Of a DNA stretch of 64,000 nucleotides, positions 12,607 to 25,185 are shown in pieces. The position numbers were made by a program, and so were the translations under genes. The notes beneath the pieces are model-generated. The model had not been told where the DNA came from, did not search any database, and saw only the letters and a list, made by a program, of their open reading frames with translations. Source of the stretch: Lytechinus pictus (taxonomy: Eukaryota). Within the stretch, counting starts at the first letter, position 1. Every line of letters begins with the position of its first letter. The stretch lies in the NCBI RefSeq assembly GCF_037042905.1, contig NC_087251.1:22074001-22138000 (forward strand). Reading direction: 5' to 3'.

Positions 12607-14025
12607 CACTGGCGTAAATCCCGGGGGGGATGGGGGGATATATCCCCCCCACTTTTCGAGGAGGGGGGGGGGGGGATGGCCTGTAAAAACATTCCCCCCC
12701 CCCCCCACTTTTTACGAAAGAAATGAAAAAAAAATTACAAGAGATAATTGTTTTATTGGTGAAAATTCTTCCTAAAATACCGCTTAACAAATAAAACAAT
12801 ATTATTGAATCATAAAATGCAAATAAAGAGCCAGTTCACCATTTCCAAACGAAATACTTATGTCCTTATTATAACATTGAAGACAAACCCCTGTTTCTTC
12901 CAATTCATCAATGTTAGGGTCTTTGGGAAGGGATTAAGATGGAATGTCAAAAAAATATGAATGTAATCTCTAATAAAACCATTAAACCATCATGGGGTAA
13001 AAAAAGATAATAATATTAGAGGGGTATTTGCCAAATGGACATACAGTGGCGTAACTACGGGGGGCATGGGGGGCACATCCCCCCCCCCCATCGGCTGACC
13101 AAAAAAAAAAAAAAAACAGGGAAAGGGGGAAAAGAGGGAGAAAGGAAGAAAAACATAGTGAAAGAAGAAAATATTATTCATTATAATATTATATTATATT
13201 ATAATTATGTTATGTTACATTACATAAGAAGCATTTTTATCATAACTTTATGATTTGCCCAGGGCCTACGTCTTCATTGTTCCTGGTGCTCGCACTGTCT
13301 GTTTAACGAGATATATAATCCTGTTGTACTAAAACATCCCGTTTTCAAGTCAATACAAACCAAATATATTTCCTAGTACTTGAGTTATCATTGTTTTATG
13401 TAGTGACATATATGCTTCTTTTTCATGTCTCAAAAAGTGATTGCCCCATGTTAAGGTCTTCGTATATATGAAACATTTCCTGTCCGTGATTACGTTCGCA
13501 TTAGTGGATTGGTGAGATATGTCTGCTCTTCATGAATTCCCAAAATCAGTCCTTAAAATGTCCCTTCTTCTGATCTGAATATCAAAAATTTTCAGCTCGC
13601 GCTTCGCGCTCGCATCATTTGGTTAATGAAGTACGTATGGTCCTAGTTAATTCCTACAAAGAAACCTTAGAATGCCCCACTTCAGGTCTGAATTATCTAA
13701 ATTTTCAGCTCGCGCTTCGCGCTCGCATTGTTTAGCGAGACAGGTACCTAATGTCCCTTTTTAGCAGTGAGATACATATCCGTTTAATGACATTGTCCTT
13801 AAAATGTCTCTATTAGGTCTGTATAACTGGCAACTGAGCGCACTCACTCAGTGATTCAAAAATTTTGTTGGTGCCCCCCCCCCCCCCCAATGCCGTGACC
13901 CACGGTACGCCACTGTGGATATATCAATGACAATTCCTTGCATATCTAAAAACATGATTGCAAAAAAATGCCAAAATATTTCAGTCATCCCCCCCCCCAC
14001 CCATCAACACGGATTTACGCCAGTG
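12607..14025. mobile_element. hAT-like non-autonomous element (outer element of a nest)
   Basis: TIR cactggcgtaaatcc / ggatttacgccagtg, with a perfect 8-bp TSD atacaata at 12599-12606 and 14026-14033. Confidence 0.9.
13044..13915. mobile_element. hAT-like non-autonomous element nested in 12607-14025
   Basis: TIR cagtggcgta / tacgccactg, 8-bp TSD tggacata / tggatata (7/8). Confidence 0.88.
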
Positions 14026-14499
14026 ATACAATATATTAATAACATTAATCAAGTCGATGTAAAATAAGTAATGTCAAACAAAATATTTTCTTGGAAATAG
14101 GAAATGGAAAGGTGAGTGTATGAATTCTAAATGATGTTATTTCGAAATTTTGCTGTTTTAAATATCACTTTTTTCATACTTTTGATCCGGACTCCGTTAT
14201 GCTCATTATTCAGTGATAATAAATGTAACAATAAATGTATATAGCCGCCATATTCACCGCCTTCATGAACAAGGCGCACAAGTACAGATGAAGCAAACAA
14301 AATAAGAGTGTTTTACTAAAATAATTGATAACAAGAATTATGCAGGTATATTTTTCGTTAAAATATTAAATGTTTCGACGCGCGTGGGAGAGAATTCCTT
14401 AATAGCGAGGGCCCCCACATTAAAGACCCCCTCCCTCCTTCACTTTGTTTTTAGATTTTTGGACCTGAGAGAAGACCTGAGTCACAGGAGCGTATGCCG

Positions 14500-15280
14500 T
14501 GCATTGTATTGTATTATATTCATTGTCAAATAAAAAAATAACAATGATATATATTTAGAATTACAAGGAAAAGATCAGTAAAAATGATGATGGATTGCTC
14601 TACTCCGCTGTTAATGAAATATAAACGCTGTTTAACACGGGGGTCCCTACCTAGTATAAAACAGGGAAGGAATAATTTACATTATAACTGACTTACAAGT
14701 TAACGAAAACTTTTTTTTAAACAAAATATACTGAAGATAAAGAGAGTAAGATTCGAGATTTGAATCGAAAGTTACTGAACACCTGGAATACTGTTTTCAT
14801 GGCCCCTTTTTAATGTACAGATATTTTCCAATAATTGTATGCGACGGTGAAGAATATTCAGCCTTAATGGTATGTAGGTGTTGATGAGAGCAGTGTTTTA
14901 CTGGTGTGGGGGTGGCGGGGGTAGATCCACGAAATGAGTGGTAGGCCCTTTATCCGCAAAAGGATTTTGAATTTGACACGTTCACTCATGGTAACCAGTG
15001 TAGGCATAAAGAAACTAGAAATGGACAAAATAATGATGACATGTTTCATGTAACAACCAATTTTTATACCTGATAAATAAGTTTGCTAAACAGAATTACA
15101 CAATGAATAACGTAAATCGATGCACCACTGATGATTACAACGCCACCTTCGGTGATTTGTAAGTAGGGGAACGAAAAACAGGCCAGAATCCGGTTATGAC
15201 AAGGGCTTCATTATTATGCATGAGAAATTATTCATAAGTAAATTGTCACTATGGAATTGTGTTGAAAAAATGGGAAATAA
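14500..15280 (-). mobile_element. Highly decayed L2/CR1-group LINE 3' fragment
   Basis: Frameshifted LHWLP-MSERVKFKILL motif at ~14960-15005, typical of the C-terminus of L2-group ORF2, and a (caata)n-like tail near 14505. Confidence 0.55.
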
Positions 15281-15760
15281 TAAAGATAATGTCTAGATTT
15301 TCATCGATTGATTGGTACTTGTGATGGATATATATATTTTTGGTGTGTGTTATCAAAGTATATGGTTGACGTGATTAAATAATTATCTCACATGGGGATC
15401 TTTGTGAAGGCCAACACTAAAAGCTCTTTCTATAGCATCACTTTCTCCGATGACATTACAGGCCAGTGGGTTTGCACATCTTCCCTGTCTGTTTTCGTCC
15501 ATATAGGCCTATTTTTCCAAGAGTAAGGGTGCAACTATTTTTGTTTTCTTTTAAGAAAAAGAGGCAAAATTATATTGGTATCAATTTTAAGCTTTCCACT
15601 GAAATACCACTAATTTTAGTTCATTGGAAAAAAATAGAAGTTTGTAGGTATCCTTGAAAATGAAAGAGTTTGCGTGATGATATAAAACGAATCAGCATTT
15701 GATGATAATTTAGAGGAGGTATATACTCTATCTTCGATCCCTCTATCAAGATGGGTTCAA

Positions 15761-16371
15761 AGGGGGTACTCCAAGCTGAAAATAATTACTTCTAAATAAT
15801 TAAAGCAAAGTTCACTGAGCAGCAGAACGTTGATAATTAAATCAAAACATATAAATAAACGAAGTTATTGAATTTTAAAGTAGAGCAGTTTTATGGCAAC
15901 AGTTATATGAAGACCGCCATGAATATGCAACAGGTGGACTGATGATGTCATATCACCTTTTTCCCTTTTATTAAGTTAATACACGAAATCAAAATTATTT
16001 CATATTTTCATACAATCATGTTTGTATGGCATGTCTCCCTTCTTACATGTTGCATGCTGGTTATCTTGCACATTTAATCAGTTGTAAATCCATTATTTTT
16101 TTTCAATTCATTCATGGAGGGGAAAAATCAATAGTTACATTTTCATATGATAAAAAAGTGGGGACATGACATCATCAGCTTGTTTATTGCGTCAAATTAT
16201 CAAGACATGTATAAAAGGTGAGTGATTGAAATGTTTCATTGAAATAGTCCCAATCTTTAAAATGCCATAACTTTGTTATTTTACTTCCGATTTTGATGAA
16301 ATTTTCAGTGTTCTGTTTGACCGAATTACTTTATCTATTCAAATCATTTTATTTTAGCTCGGAATGTCCCT
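15761..16371. mobile_element. Degenerate Kolobok/T2-like MITE
   Basis: tcaa|agggggtactccaagctgaaaataa ... attttagctcggaatgtccct|ttaa, with internal inverted gatgatgtca / tgacatcatc. Confidence 0.65.
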
Positions 16372-16956
16372 TTAAAATTCAGTTACAATAAAATACTACT
16401 TTTAAGGGAAAATGTGTTTCATAAGGTTTCAAGCCTCCGTGTCATGTGTTTTTAGTGACTCTCCATATTTCCTCAGATTAACGATGTAATTCTGCTTTCA
16501 AAATCATCGTTTTGAAGATTTTCAAAAATAATTATGTTCTCGGTTATGTCACCGAATGTTGACATACTGAAAGAAATCGAAAAGCAGTTCAACAAAGCAT
16601 GAGTGACACTTAAAACGATTGGAACACTGCTATCAAAATTTATTTTCAATAAATTAATCAATTTTTAAATCTTTAATAGTCTTATTTGAGGCTATTATTA
16701 TAAAACAACTTTTTTGTGAAAAGATAAATTAACTTTTGGCTCATATTTTCAAATACATCTAAAAGTCATGTGTAAATCGATTTGCCAGTTCTGTGAAATA
16801 CTCTATTCCTAGTTTCTCGACCCAGTGACACGCACAACCGCACAGGAGACATGTAAAAATAATAAACCCATGAGTGTAATTCCAGAGGAAGGGGTGGTGG
16901 GGGGGGGGGGGGCGTGTCCCACCATCGAATTGGACTTATATACATCAGCTTATGGG

Positions 16957-18503
16957 CAGTGGCGTAACAGGCGGGGGGGGGCAAGCTGCCCCCCTGGCGG
17001 ATTTCACCGGGAAAAAAAAAAACGGGGAAAAAAAAGAAAAGGGAGGGAGAAAGAAAGGGGAAGGAAGGGGAAAAGGAAAGGGAATGGTCAAAATTTTAAT
17101 GGAAAAGCAAGGAAAGTGGGAAAGGAACGAAAGAAAAACATTAGAGAAAAAAGAAATCATTCCGAAATAGGCCTATGTATATAATGCAATAGCATGATGG
17201 GAAATAAATTAAAAGATGACAAAATGGCAAACAATAGCGGTAAATGAAGGTAGAATGGAATAAGTCAAAAGCTAAGTAGGAAAACAAAGAAAAGGGACAA
17301 GAAAAAAAACTTAATAACACGACCGGGCTGCCGAGGATTGAAAATAAAGAGCGGGAAGAAAGATGGACTGCGTACAACATTGTGCTATAAGCTTGCTAAA
17401 TATTATGCAAAATCGCTACCGGGGCTTTGCCCCAGACCCCACGCAGAAGGAGCTCTTCATCTATAACCTTCAAATTGCTCTATAACGCCCCCCTGTAGGG
17501 ACCCTTCCTACATTAAGCTTTACGTTCAATCACTGGCGTACAGGCGGGGGGGGGGGGGCTTGGTTCCACATCCAAAATGAAATAAAAGAAATTATAGGAG
17601 ACAACGTATAATGAAATGAATGGAAACAATGAAATGTGTTATTTGCTGAATATAATGGAAAATCTATCACATAATTATGATTTAATTTCAATGGGCAATT
17701 TTTTTCAGCTCGCTTTGCTCGCTGGCGACTTTTTACAAATTTTCCAACATTGCTATGTTTTGCCCCTTCAAAATATTTCGTTCATTACGCAACTGGGTTG
17801 AATAAAATGTGTTGTGTAAAAGCTATATTCTGTATATACCCGCGATTTGATTAAAAATAGCGGCAATCTGCGAGGTTTAAATGGCTTTGATATAAAAAAG
17901 TTCCGGGGGCTCCGCCCCAGACCCAAACCGCATAGCGCTGCCGTATATGAGTGTGGAAGGGTTGGGCCATGGCCCACAAAAGTTCTACAACCAAGAAAAA
18001 AAGAAAAGTAAAGGAAAGTGTAGGATGTGATTTTATTTACTGAATATAATATCTCAAAGTTAGAAGTCTCATGAAATGGTGATTTTTTTCTCGCTCGCTT
18101 CGCTCGCTCGGGACTTATATTAAGCAGCTGTTAAGCACATGTTCCATACTGCACCCTCTCATTTATTTTTTACTCTTCACGCTATCCGCAAAGAATCCTG
18201 TTCACAGTGGCGTACAGACCAAAAAATGAATGGAAAGAGAGAAGAGTGAAATATATTGTTCTCTGGATATCATGTCAAAATCTATCACAAAATTTGATTT
18301 TGTATAAAAAAATGTCAAAAATTTTGCTCGCTCGCTTCGCTCGCTCGCAACTTTTCAAAAAAGATAAATTCTGCCCGTTACGCAATATCTGCTCCTCTCA
18401 AAATCGTCGCCTCATTATACCATTACGCATGTTCATACCATGATATGACCGGGAAATTTTTGGCTCTTGCCCCCCCTGGCCACCGACCCCTGTTACGCCG
18501 CTG
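16957..18503. mobile_element. hAT-like non-autonomous composite element
   Basis: TIR cagtggcgtaacagg / cctgttacgccgctg, TSD cttatggg / cttatcgg (7/8). Additional internal TIR-like starts occur at 17531 and 18204. Confidence 0.85.
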
Positions 18504-21167
18504 CTTATCGGAGAGGTTCTTCCCCCCCCCCCATGTAGGGGTGGTTTCATCGTGTTGTCCAATCGCCATGATACGGTGCGCCGATTTTTTTTTTTTTCCT
18601 TTTTTCATCACCATTTTCCCCTATCGGCTTCTCATTTAAAAAGCTAAAAGTTGGACGGTTCTTGTAGTGGGACAGGGGTAGTGCTAATATTGAAGTTTAA
18701 ATACATGTTAGATTTATACAACGGGATTAGAAATTTACCCGAAAATAGGACATTCTAATGACTATTTTTAATGGTGAACAGCATGCTTATCATATACAAA
18801 CAATATTTATACGAGCGCCATGCGTGAGCTGAATTTTTTATATACTTACCTGAAAATATGAATATTATTGGATTTTTTTATTTTTATGAATTCATGAAGT
18901 AGTTCTCCACAAATGAATTAAATGCCAGTGCGATGCGCGAGCAAATACAAAATACTTAAACCGAAAATAGGATATTAAAGCACATACATGTACTTTGTAA
19001 TCACATGTTAATCCACTTCTTATACTCAAGAAATAATGCTAGCGCAATGCGCAAACTTAGTCATCTACTGACTCGATAATTAAGAAAATCATGTAAAGGA
19101 TACTTCGTCAGAAGGCCTACATAAAGGTTGATATTTTTTTACAGATTAAGACATATACAAACGGGACATTTTAAGCACTGTTTATAATCATAAACATGAT
19201 GCATATCTCCCTGAACAAAAATAATGAAAACTCGAAGCGCGAGCAAAAATATTTGTTGTACATTGATTTGAAAACATAATATTTCATTCCATCCGCCATT
19301 TAATCATCTTGAACAGGATATGTATCTCAATAAACTTTATAGGCAACATTAACGCGAACACGAAGCGCGAGCGGAATGTTTTTTTTTTGTATGTGGTTAC
19401 TCAAGGGTTTTTCAATCTACAATTCTTCCACTCCCTTCATTTCATTATTATTATTATTTTTTTATTTATTTATTTTATTTTATTTATTCATTATTATTAT
19501 TTTTTTTTGGGGGGTGGGTTCTTTTCATCCCTTTTCTCCTCTTTTCCCGTTTTTTTCGCAGCCCATTTGGGCACCCCTAGATCCGCCTATTCTACAGTGA
19601 CAGGAAAAGTCTCAATAGATTGCCGCGCGTAATACAACCAATATAAATTTAGATTTTCAGTATACGAGTCTATTATCGACTATCGTCGAAAATCCCTCTC
19701 TCTGTACAAAACATTTATTACTAATCCAAGAAAGTGGTATTCTAAAGTTTGCAAGTGCAATAAAAAATAACTTTTGCCCAAAGTGAGTTTTATAAGGGAA
19801 TGTGCCTTTTAAAAAGTACCGAATCAATGTGTGTTAGCCTTCTCTTCCATAAATATTGGTACACTTCTGTTTTACGGATTTTGGTCAAGTACTTGTAAAT
19901 TTCAAATTTAGGATTCAGAGCCCTCAAATAACATGATTTTTAAAAAAAGAAATCAGAGGAATGATGAGTACCCCGAAAAAAATTGGAGATAATTAGGGGA
20001 CGTGGTTTATCAAAAGTGCATACACGAATGAGCTAAAACAAATTCACGTCCCCCCAAAAAAAATGCGAGAGAGACAGAGATGGTTGGGATGCAAGCAATA
20101 TAATGATAACTAATTGGCCATTCTTTAAGCATATATTTTTTAGTGTAGAACAATACAATGATTTATTATTTCTATCAGTCTGTACAAATCAGGGAAAGAG
20201 AACAAAACCTTACCAGTTCACAATTGTTAAAAATGAAAAGATGATCAATTCAATCATCAAGGATTAAAAAAACAAATCTGTTATAATAATCTTAAAATAA
20301 TATAAAGATATTGTCTGAAATTGATAAAAATATAAATAATTAAGTAATGCCCGAAAAATTTGTATTTTTGTAACATAAGGTAGTCAAAAAGAAATCAGCG
20401 ATGAAATATTTGTAAATAATAGGCCTATAAAATGAATTAATAAAGTAAAGATAATACAAGTAACATAATATATTTATAAAAAAAAGGATATTGTCTGAAA
20501 TTGATAAAAATAGCCAAACGAGTTGGTATACTGCTTCAGGCCATAGATGGCAGTATACACTTTGAAGCTTGCGTACGCAATGAGTTCTACGTTCTCTACA
20601 TGAGGTCCTATACTTTCTTTTGACCTCTCATTGCCCTAGATGTTCATTAAAACTGACTTCGTTGAATTAATGCACTCTCGTATTAAAAAAAAGAAGAAAA
20701 CACACACACAGAAAAATTATAAATCCCAATCGAAAGGTATTTTGAACGGAAATCAGTTGTCAATGTATTGCATATAAATATCATGATTAAACAGTTTTAA
20801 ACACTGTCAAGTAAAAACTAAAATTGTGTAACTTCAATGAAAAAGAAAATAATAAAACTAAATCTATTTAAAGTCATATCATATAACAATCGAATTCACT
20901 ACCATACATAATCAATAAACTTTTCCCCTGTGAAATGGTTTAATAGAAAATGGGGAAAAGAGGAACTTTCAGCAAATGAGGATAGACGCCTTAAGTTCAC
21001 TCCCAGCATGGCACCCCCCCCTTCTCCGCCATTACTGATAGTAGGATTCGAAAGATGCTCAGGGCGGAGTCAGGAATTCAATTATCCGATTGGGGAGGGG
21101 CGATAAATAAAAATCATCAATAATTTAGGCTGTTAAAAGAGCGAAAAGGCCGGGTGGGGTATATAGG

Positions 21168-21492
21168 CTTGCGTCATCACATCTGGTTATCGCGTCGGGT
21201 TGGGCAATCGCATGTACCCTATATATACCATTCGAGAAAAGGACCTCCTAAATTCCCGATAGGTCGAGTCCAGTTTACCCGACCATTCGAGAAAAGGGCA
21301 TGCACCCTCAGAATTTCCGAAAGGTCGGGACTAGTTTACCCGATGGTTTGTGAAAACTTCAGATAGGAAAATTATCGAATGGTCGGCCGGGTTTACTGCT
21401 GGACCCGACATTTCGGGAATTTACTCGAAAGGTCGGGTATACCGTATGATTGCCCATCCCGACGCGATTTAACCCGATGTGATGGCACAAAC
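21168..21492. mobile_element. Foldback MITE, GC-richer than its surroundings
   Basis: Arms tcatcacatctggttatcgcgtcgggttgggcaatc / gattgcccatcccgacgcgatttaacccgatgtgatgg, with internal repeated ccga..ggtcgg motifs. Confidence 0.75.
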
Positions 21493-22713
21493 CGTTCTTT
21501 AAAGACTGAAATTAAAATATTAGCTTGAATTTAAAGTATTTCATGGTTAGAAATGTATTTAATCCTGAAAGAAATACGAAGCTGATTGAGTTGTTGATAG
21601 GTCTGACTTACCAGGGAAGATTACGAGGAGCATTTAAATACATGAAGAGGGTACGAATCTCACCTAACAAAATAGTGCGATCGTGAAGCACTAACTGATT
21701 TTAAAAAAATTATCTGACCACAAAGTAATTTTTGGATATACTGAACTGAAAACTGACTGAAAGAGTTATGCCTGCATCAACAACACAATCTTTGCAGGTG
21801 ATCTTGTAAACGGCTTTAAAAAAATCATAACAATTTCAATAAAGCCAATATAATCTACTAGTACCCCATCCTCTCATGAAAACACCTGTAAAAATAATTC
21901 ATTGTTTATTGAACTCGAGGAAAATGTTGACGAATATAGGCCTAAAAGGGATGAGAGCAAGTCAGTGTTGAGGGATGATAGCCAGTACGTTTAGCCTTTA
22001 TTATGTGGGGGGGGGGGGGGTTCATAGTGCGAGTCGCTGAAAGAATGATTTTATTCGAACCCCCGTCCCCCCCAAAAAAAAAGTAGAATGGCATTTATGT
22101 GAAATAGAAATAACAATATAACTATATGTTATGGAGCGCTTTTGATATGAGACAAGGCCTACCGTATGGACCTACTTTGAAAATAAACAAATAACGAAAA
22201 TAAAGCCAAATTGAACTGTAGATTTCATTAAAAAAAAATCTTATAGGCCTATAGGGCTATCGATCATGCTTGTACGTACTACGCCTTTGATAATCATACA
22301 ACCTAAATTTATATATAATCCCAAATCTCTCGCTCGCCGAGCTCGTTTGTATAGTTGCCTGATGGTGTCTGTAACCACCAATCTGTCCAGATCAGTGGGT
22401 ATCAAACAGGGGCCGCAGAACGGTTTTCAAAGTGGGGGGGGGGGGCTGACCATGCAAAAAAATCACAATCATTATGGTCATTTTTACATTTTTAATTGTA
22501 CACGATTTGTGAAAAAAGTGGGGGGAGGCTGAAGCCCCCCCCCCCCAGCCCCCCCTGTCAAAGAGGTGGATTAAAGTAATTAATTTATCCACCTCTAGCT
22601 CTATGGTGGGTATCGAATTTGTATGGTCTCTTTTCCGCTTTTTTGAGCAAGTGAGCATGCTCGTACGAAGGGAAATTCCCGTAGACTTTCCGTATACCAT
22701 ATCCGGCGGCCGC

Positions 22714-25020
22714 GCCGGTGTCATAAAAGAATTGCACCGGGCAGCCGATCGGGGCCGGAGGAACTAATCGGCGGCTCTTTTATCCGCCGATTTATTCCGA
22801 CCAGGCGATTTGTTCCTATACGCCGTTCATGCAACTTTGACACCCCTTCAGCAAAAATGTGAAATTCCAGAAGTCATTTTCAACCAATTGGCTCCTCCAA
22901 ATCAACCACACCCAGTTAGAACAGTACAGTTGCCGATTTGAGAATCTTATTTTAGGACAGAGATGTATATATGTTTTGGAAATATATAATTTATGCATTA
23001 TTTTAGCACACTTCCAATTGATTACAGCTGTGTGGGGCCACGAAGCCATATTCACACTGAGTGCTCCCTTTGTACGCCTGTGCTATTCGGGGTGTAAACT
23101 TCGATTTTGTATAGATCTATATGTCTTCATTACTCAAGTAAGAAACCGGGGCAAGAAATAGGATAGGATGGCTACTGTTGTGCTGAGGGTGTGTGGGGGT
23201 AAACACTGCTGCGTGCTCATCAAAACCCCCAAAGTAAGTAGAAAAGAAAAAAAAATATCAATAAAAGAACTAAAAGCTTAATAGTCCAACAAGGCTGTCA
23301 AAAACACAGGGAACTCTCAGTGACACCTCATTGAGACAAACACACACACACATGCACATATATATTTTTTTATTTTTTTGGAGGGGGGGGGGGGGTTAGG
23401 GACTAAGGGCCCCCGGTTAGTCCAAAAAGGAGGTGCCAACAAGAGAAGGAAATAGATGAAAATAAAAGGGAGAGGAAAAAAAGGAGATTCGAAGAAGACA
23501 TCACAAAAAATGGGGGAAAGTATAAAAAGAGAAAAGGGGAAAGAAGGAAGAGGGAATTAAGGAGGGGGAGAAAAGGAAAAAGGAAGGGGGACAAGGGGGG
23601 GGGGTAAAAAAAGGGTTATATAAGAGCGTGGGCGGCCATTTGAAGTGTGACCTGTAAGGAGGTGCCGAATTGATCATAATTATGTTCGACCTTTGGGCGG
23701 CAATTTGATGTTTGGCCTGGGGCGCATTCATGTTTCACATGGAAGGGGGGACAAATTGACATTACTTAGGGGGCATCAAATTGACCTGTATAAATGAGGG
23801 GCCGCCAAATTGACCTTAAACTCGGGGGGGGGGGGGAGCCTTTGGTGCTGACATAAGCAAACACACACACACACACAGGTGTATATATATTTTATTTATG
23901 ACGATTAAAAACTGGTCGTAGCTTCTTACGATCATCAAAGCTTGGCGCAACAAAGTAACTAAGTCATTGTAATTTTTTTCACTGATCATTAAAGTATGGC
24001 ACCGACGTTCTGTCCGCAGGTCATTTCTCACGCTATATATATTTCACCAAATGTATACATAATGAAGAAAATGAGAATAATATAATCAGGGGCGTCGGAG
24101 CAAATTTGAAAGTGGGAGGGGCACGGGAAAAAGGGGGGCACTTCCTCTTTTGAAAAGTGAACTTAAAACAAAGAACAATTTTTAAAGAAAACTGTCTACT
24201 ATCTACCCCAGTAGTGTAATGAGGCAAAAGTTTTGAGGGGGCAGACTTGGTGTAAGAGTGAATTTTGTAATAGCTGCGAGCGAGCAAAATGTCATTTTTA
24301 ATAAAAGATATAATTTGTAATATATAGATTTTGACACAATTTTCAGAGAATAATATATGTCAAAAGGGGTATTGTGTGCAAACAGATAACCCCCATGCCT
24401 GAGGTAGTGCAATATGTCCTCGCATTAGATAAACAAAATCACGGTCCATGTTTACAATCAAAAAGTAAAATATTGTTTAAAAACTAGCTCCTACTCCAAA
24501 AAAGAGAAGTGGTACGGAACCGTATGTCAACTTTCCAGGGCTGCAATATATGCACGTCGCGTGCAAAAAAAAGTGTAGCCTGTTGGTTCCGTACGAGGCT
24601 GAAATACCTTTTATCTAGACCAACATTTTTAATTTTGGACAGAATTATAGAAATAATCGGCCCTGTAATGGTATTGAAATTACATTAAAATATATATATT
24701 GAAAAATTTGATCAAAACAAATATTTATAGAATATATTTATTACCTCTGAAATCATTATTTTTAAGATAATATCAAGATTACATTGAAAATTAAAAGATA
24801 TATTTTGAAACATTTATCAAAGTAAATAATTATAATATCTACCTTAGAAATATTTGATAAATGTGTAACCAAACGGCGGCTCTCCTATCATTTCGGCCAA
24901 AATTTGAACCAGTCATTTGGATCTGGCGGGCCCGATCGACTAGCCGTTTTGTACTGGCGGTACTAATCAGCTAGCCGTTTTGGACCGCCGGTACCCGGGC
25001 CAATTCGCTATGACACCGGC
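22714..25020. mobile_element. ~2.3-kb inverted-repeat-bounded composite element directly upstream of the RNase T2 gene
   Basis: Left gccggtgtcataaaagaattgcaccggg and right cccgggccaattcgctatgacaccggc are imperfect reverse complements. Subterminal actaatc.gc repeats are present on both sides. No TSD identified. Confidence 0.6.
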
Positions 25021-25185
25021 CTTCATCAAGCAAACACGTACCGGTATTTACATTGCGGAATTGCGATGAAACGAACTTAAGAATTTGGCCTGAACTTGCT
25101 TCCTCAATTAACACTCGCCTACCTCACACTGTCAGTTTGCTCAGACCTTGATTTGATGCCGATGAATGACTTTTACTTTACCACA

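Noticed and set aside
20527..20558. CTCF-like site ccatagatggcag within a small hairpin
   Set aside because: An imperfect match that cannot be supported from sequence alone.
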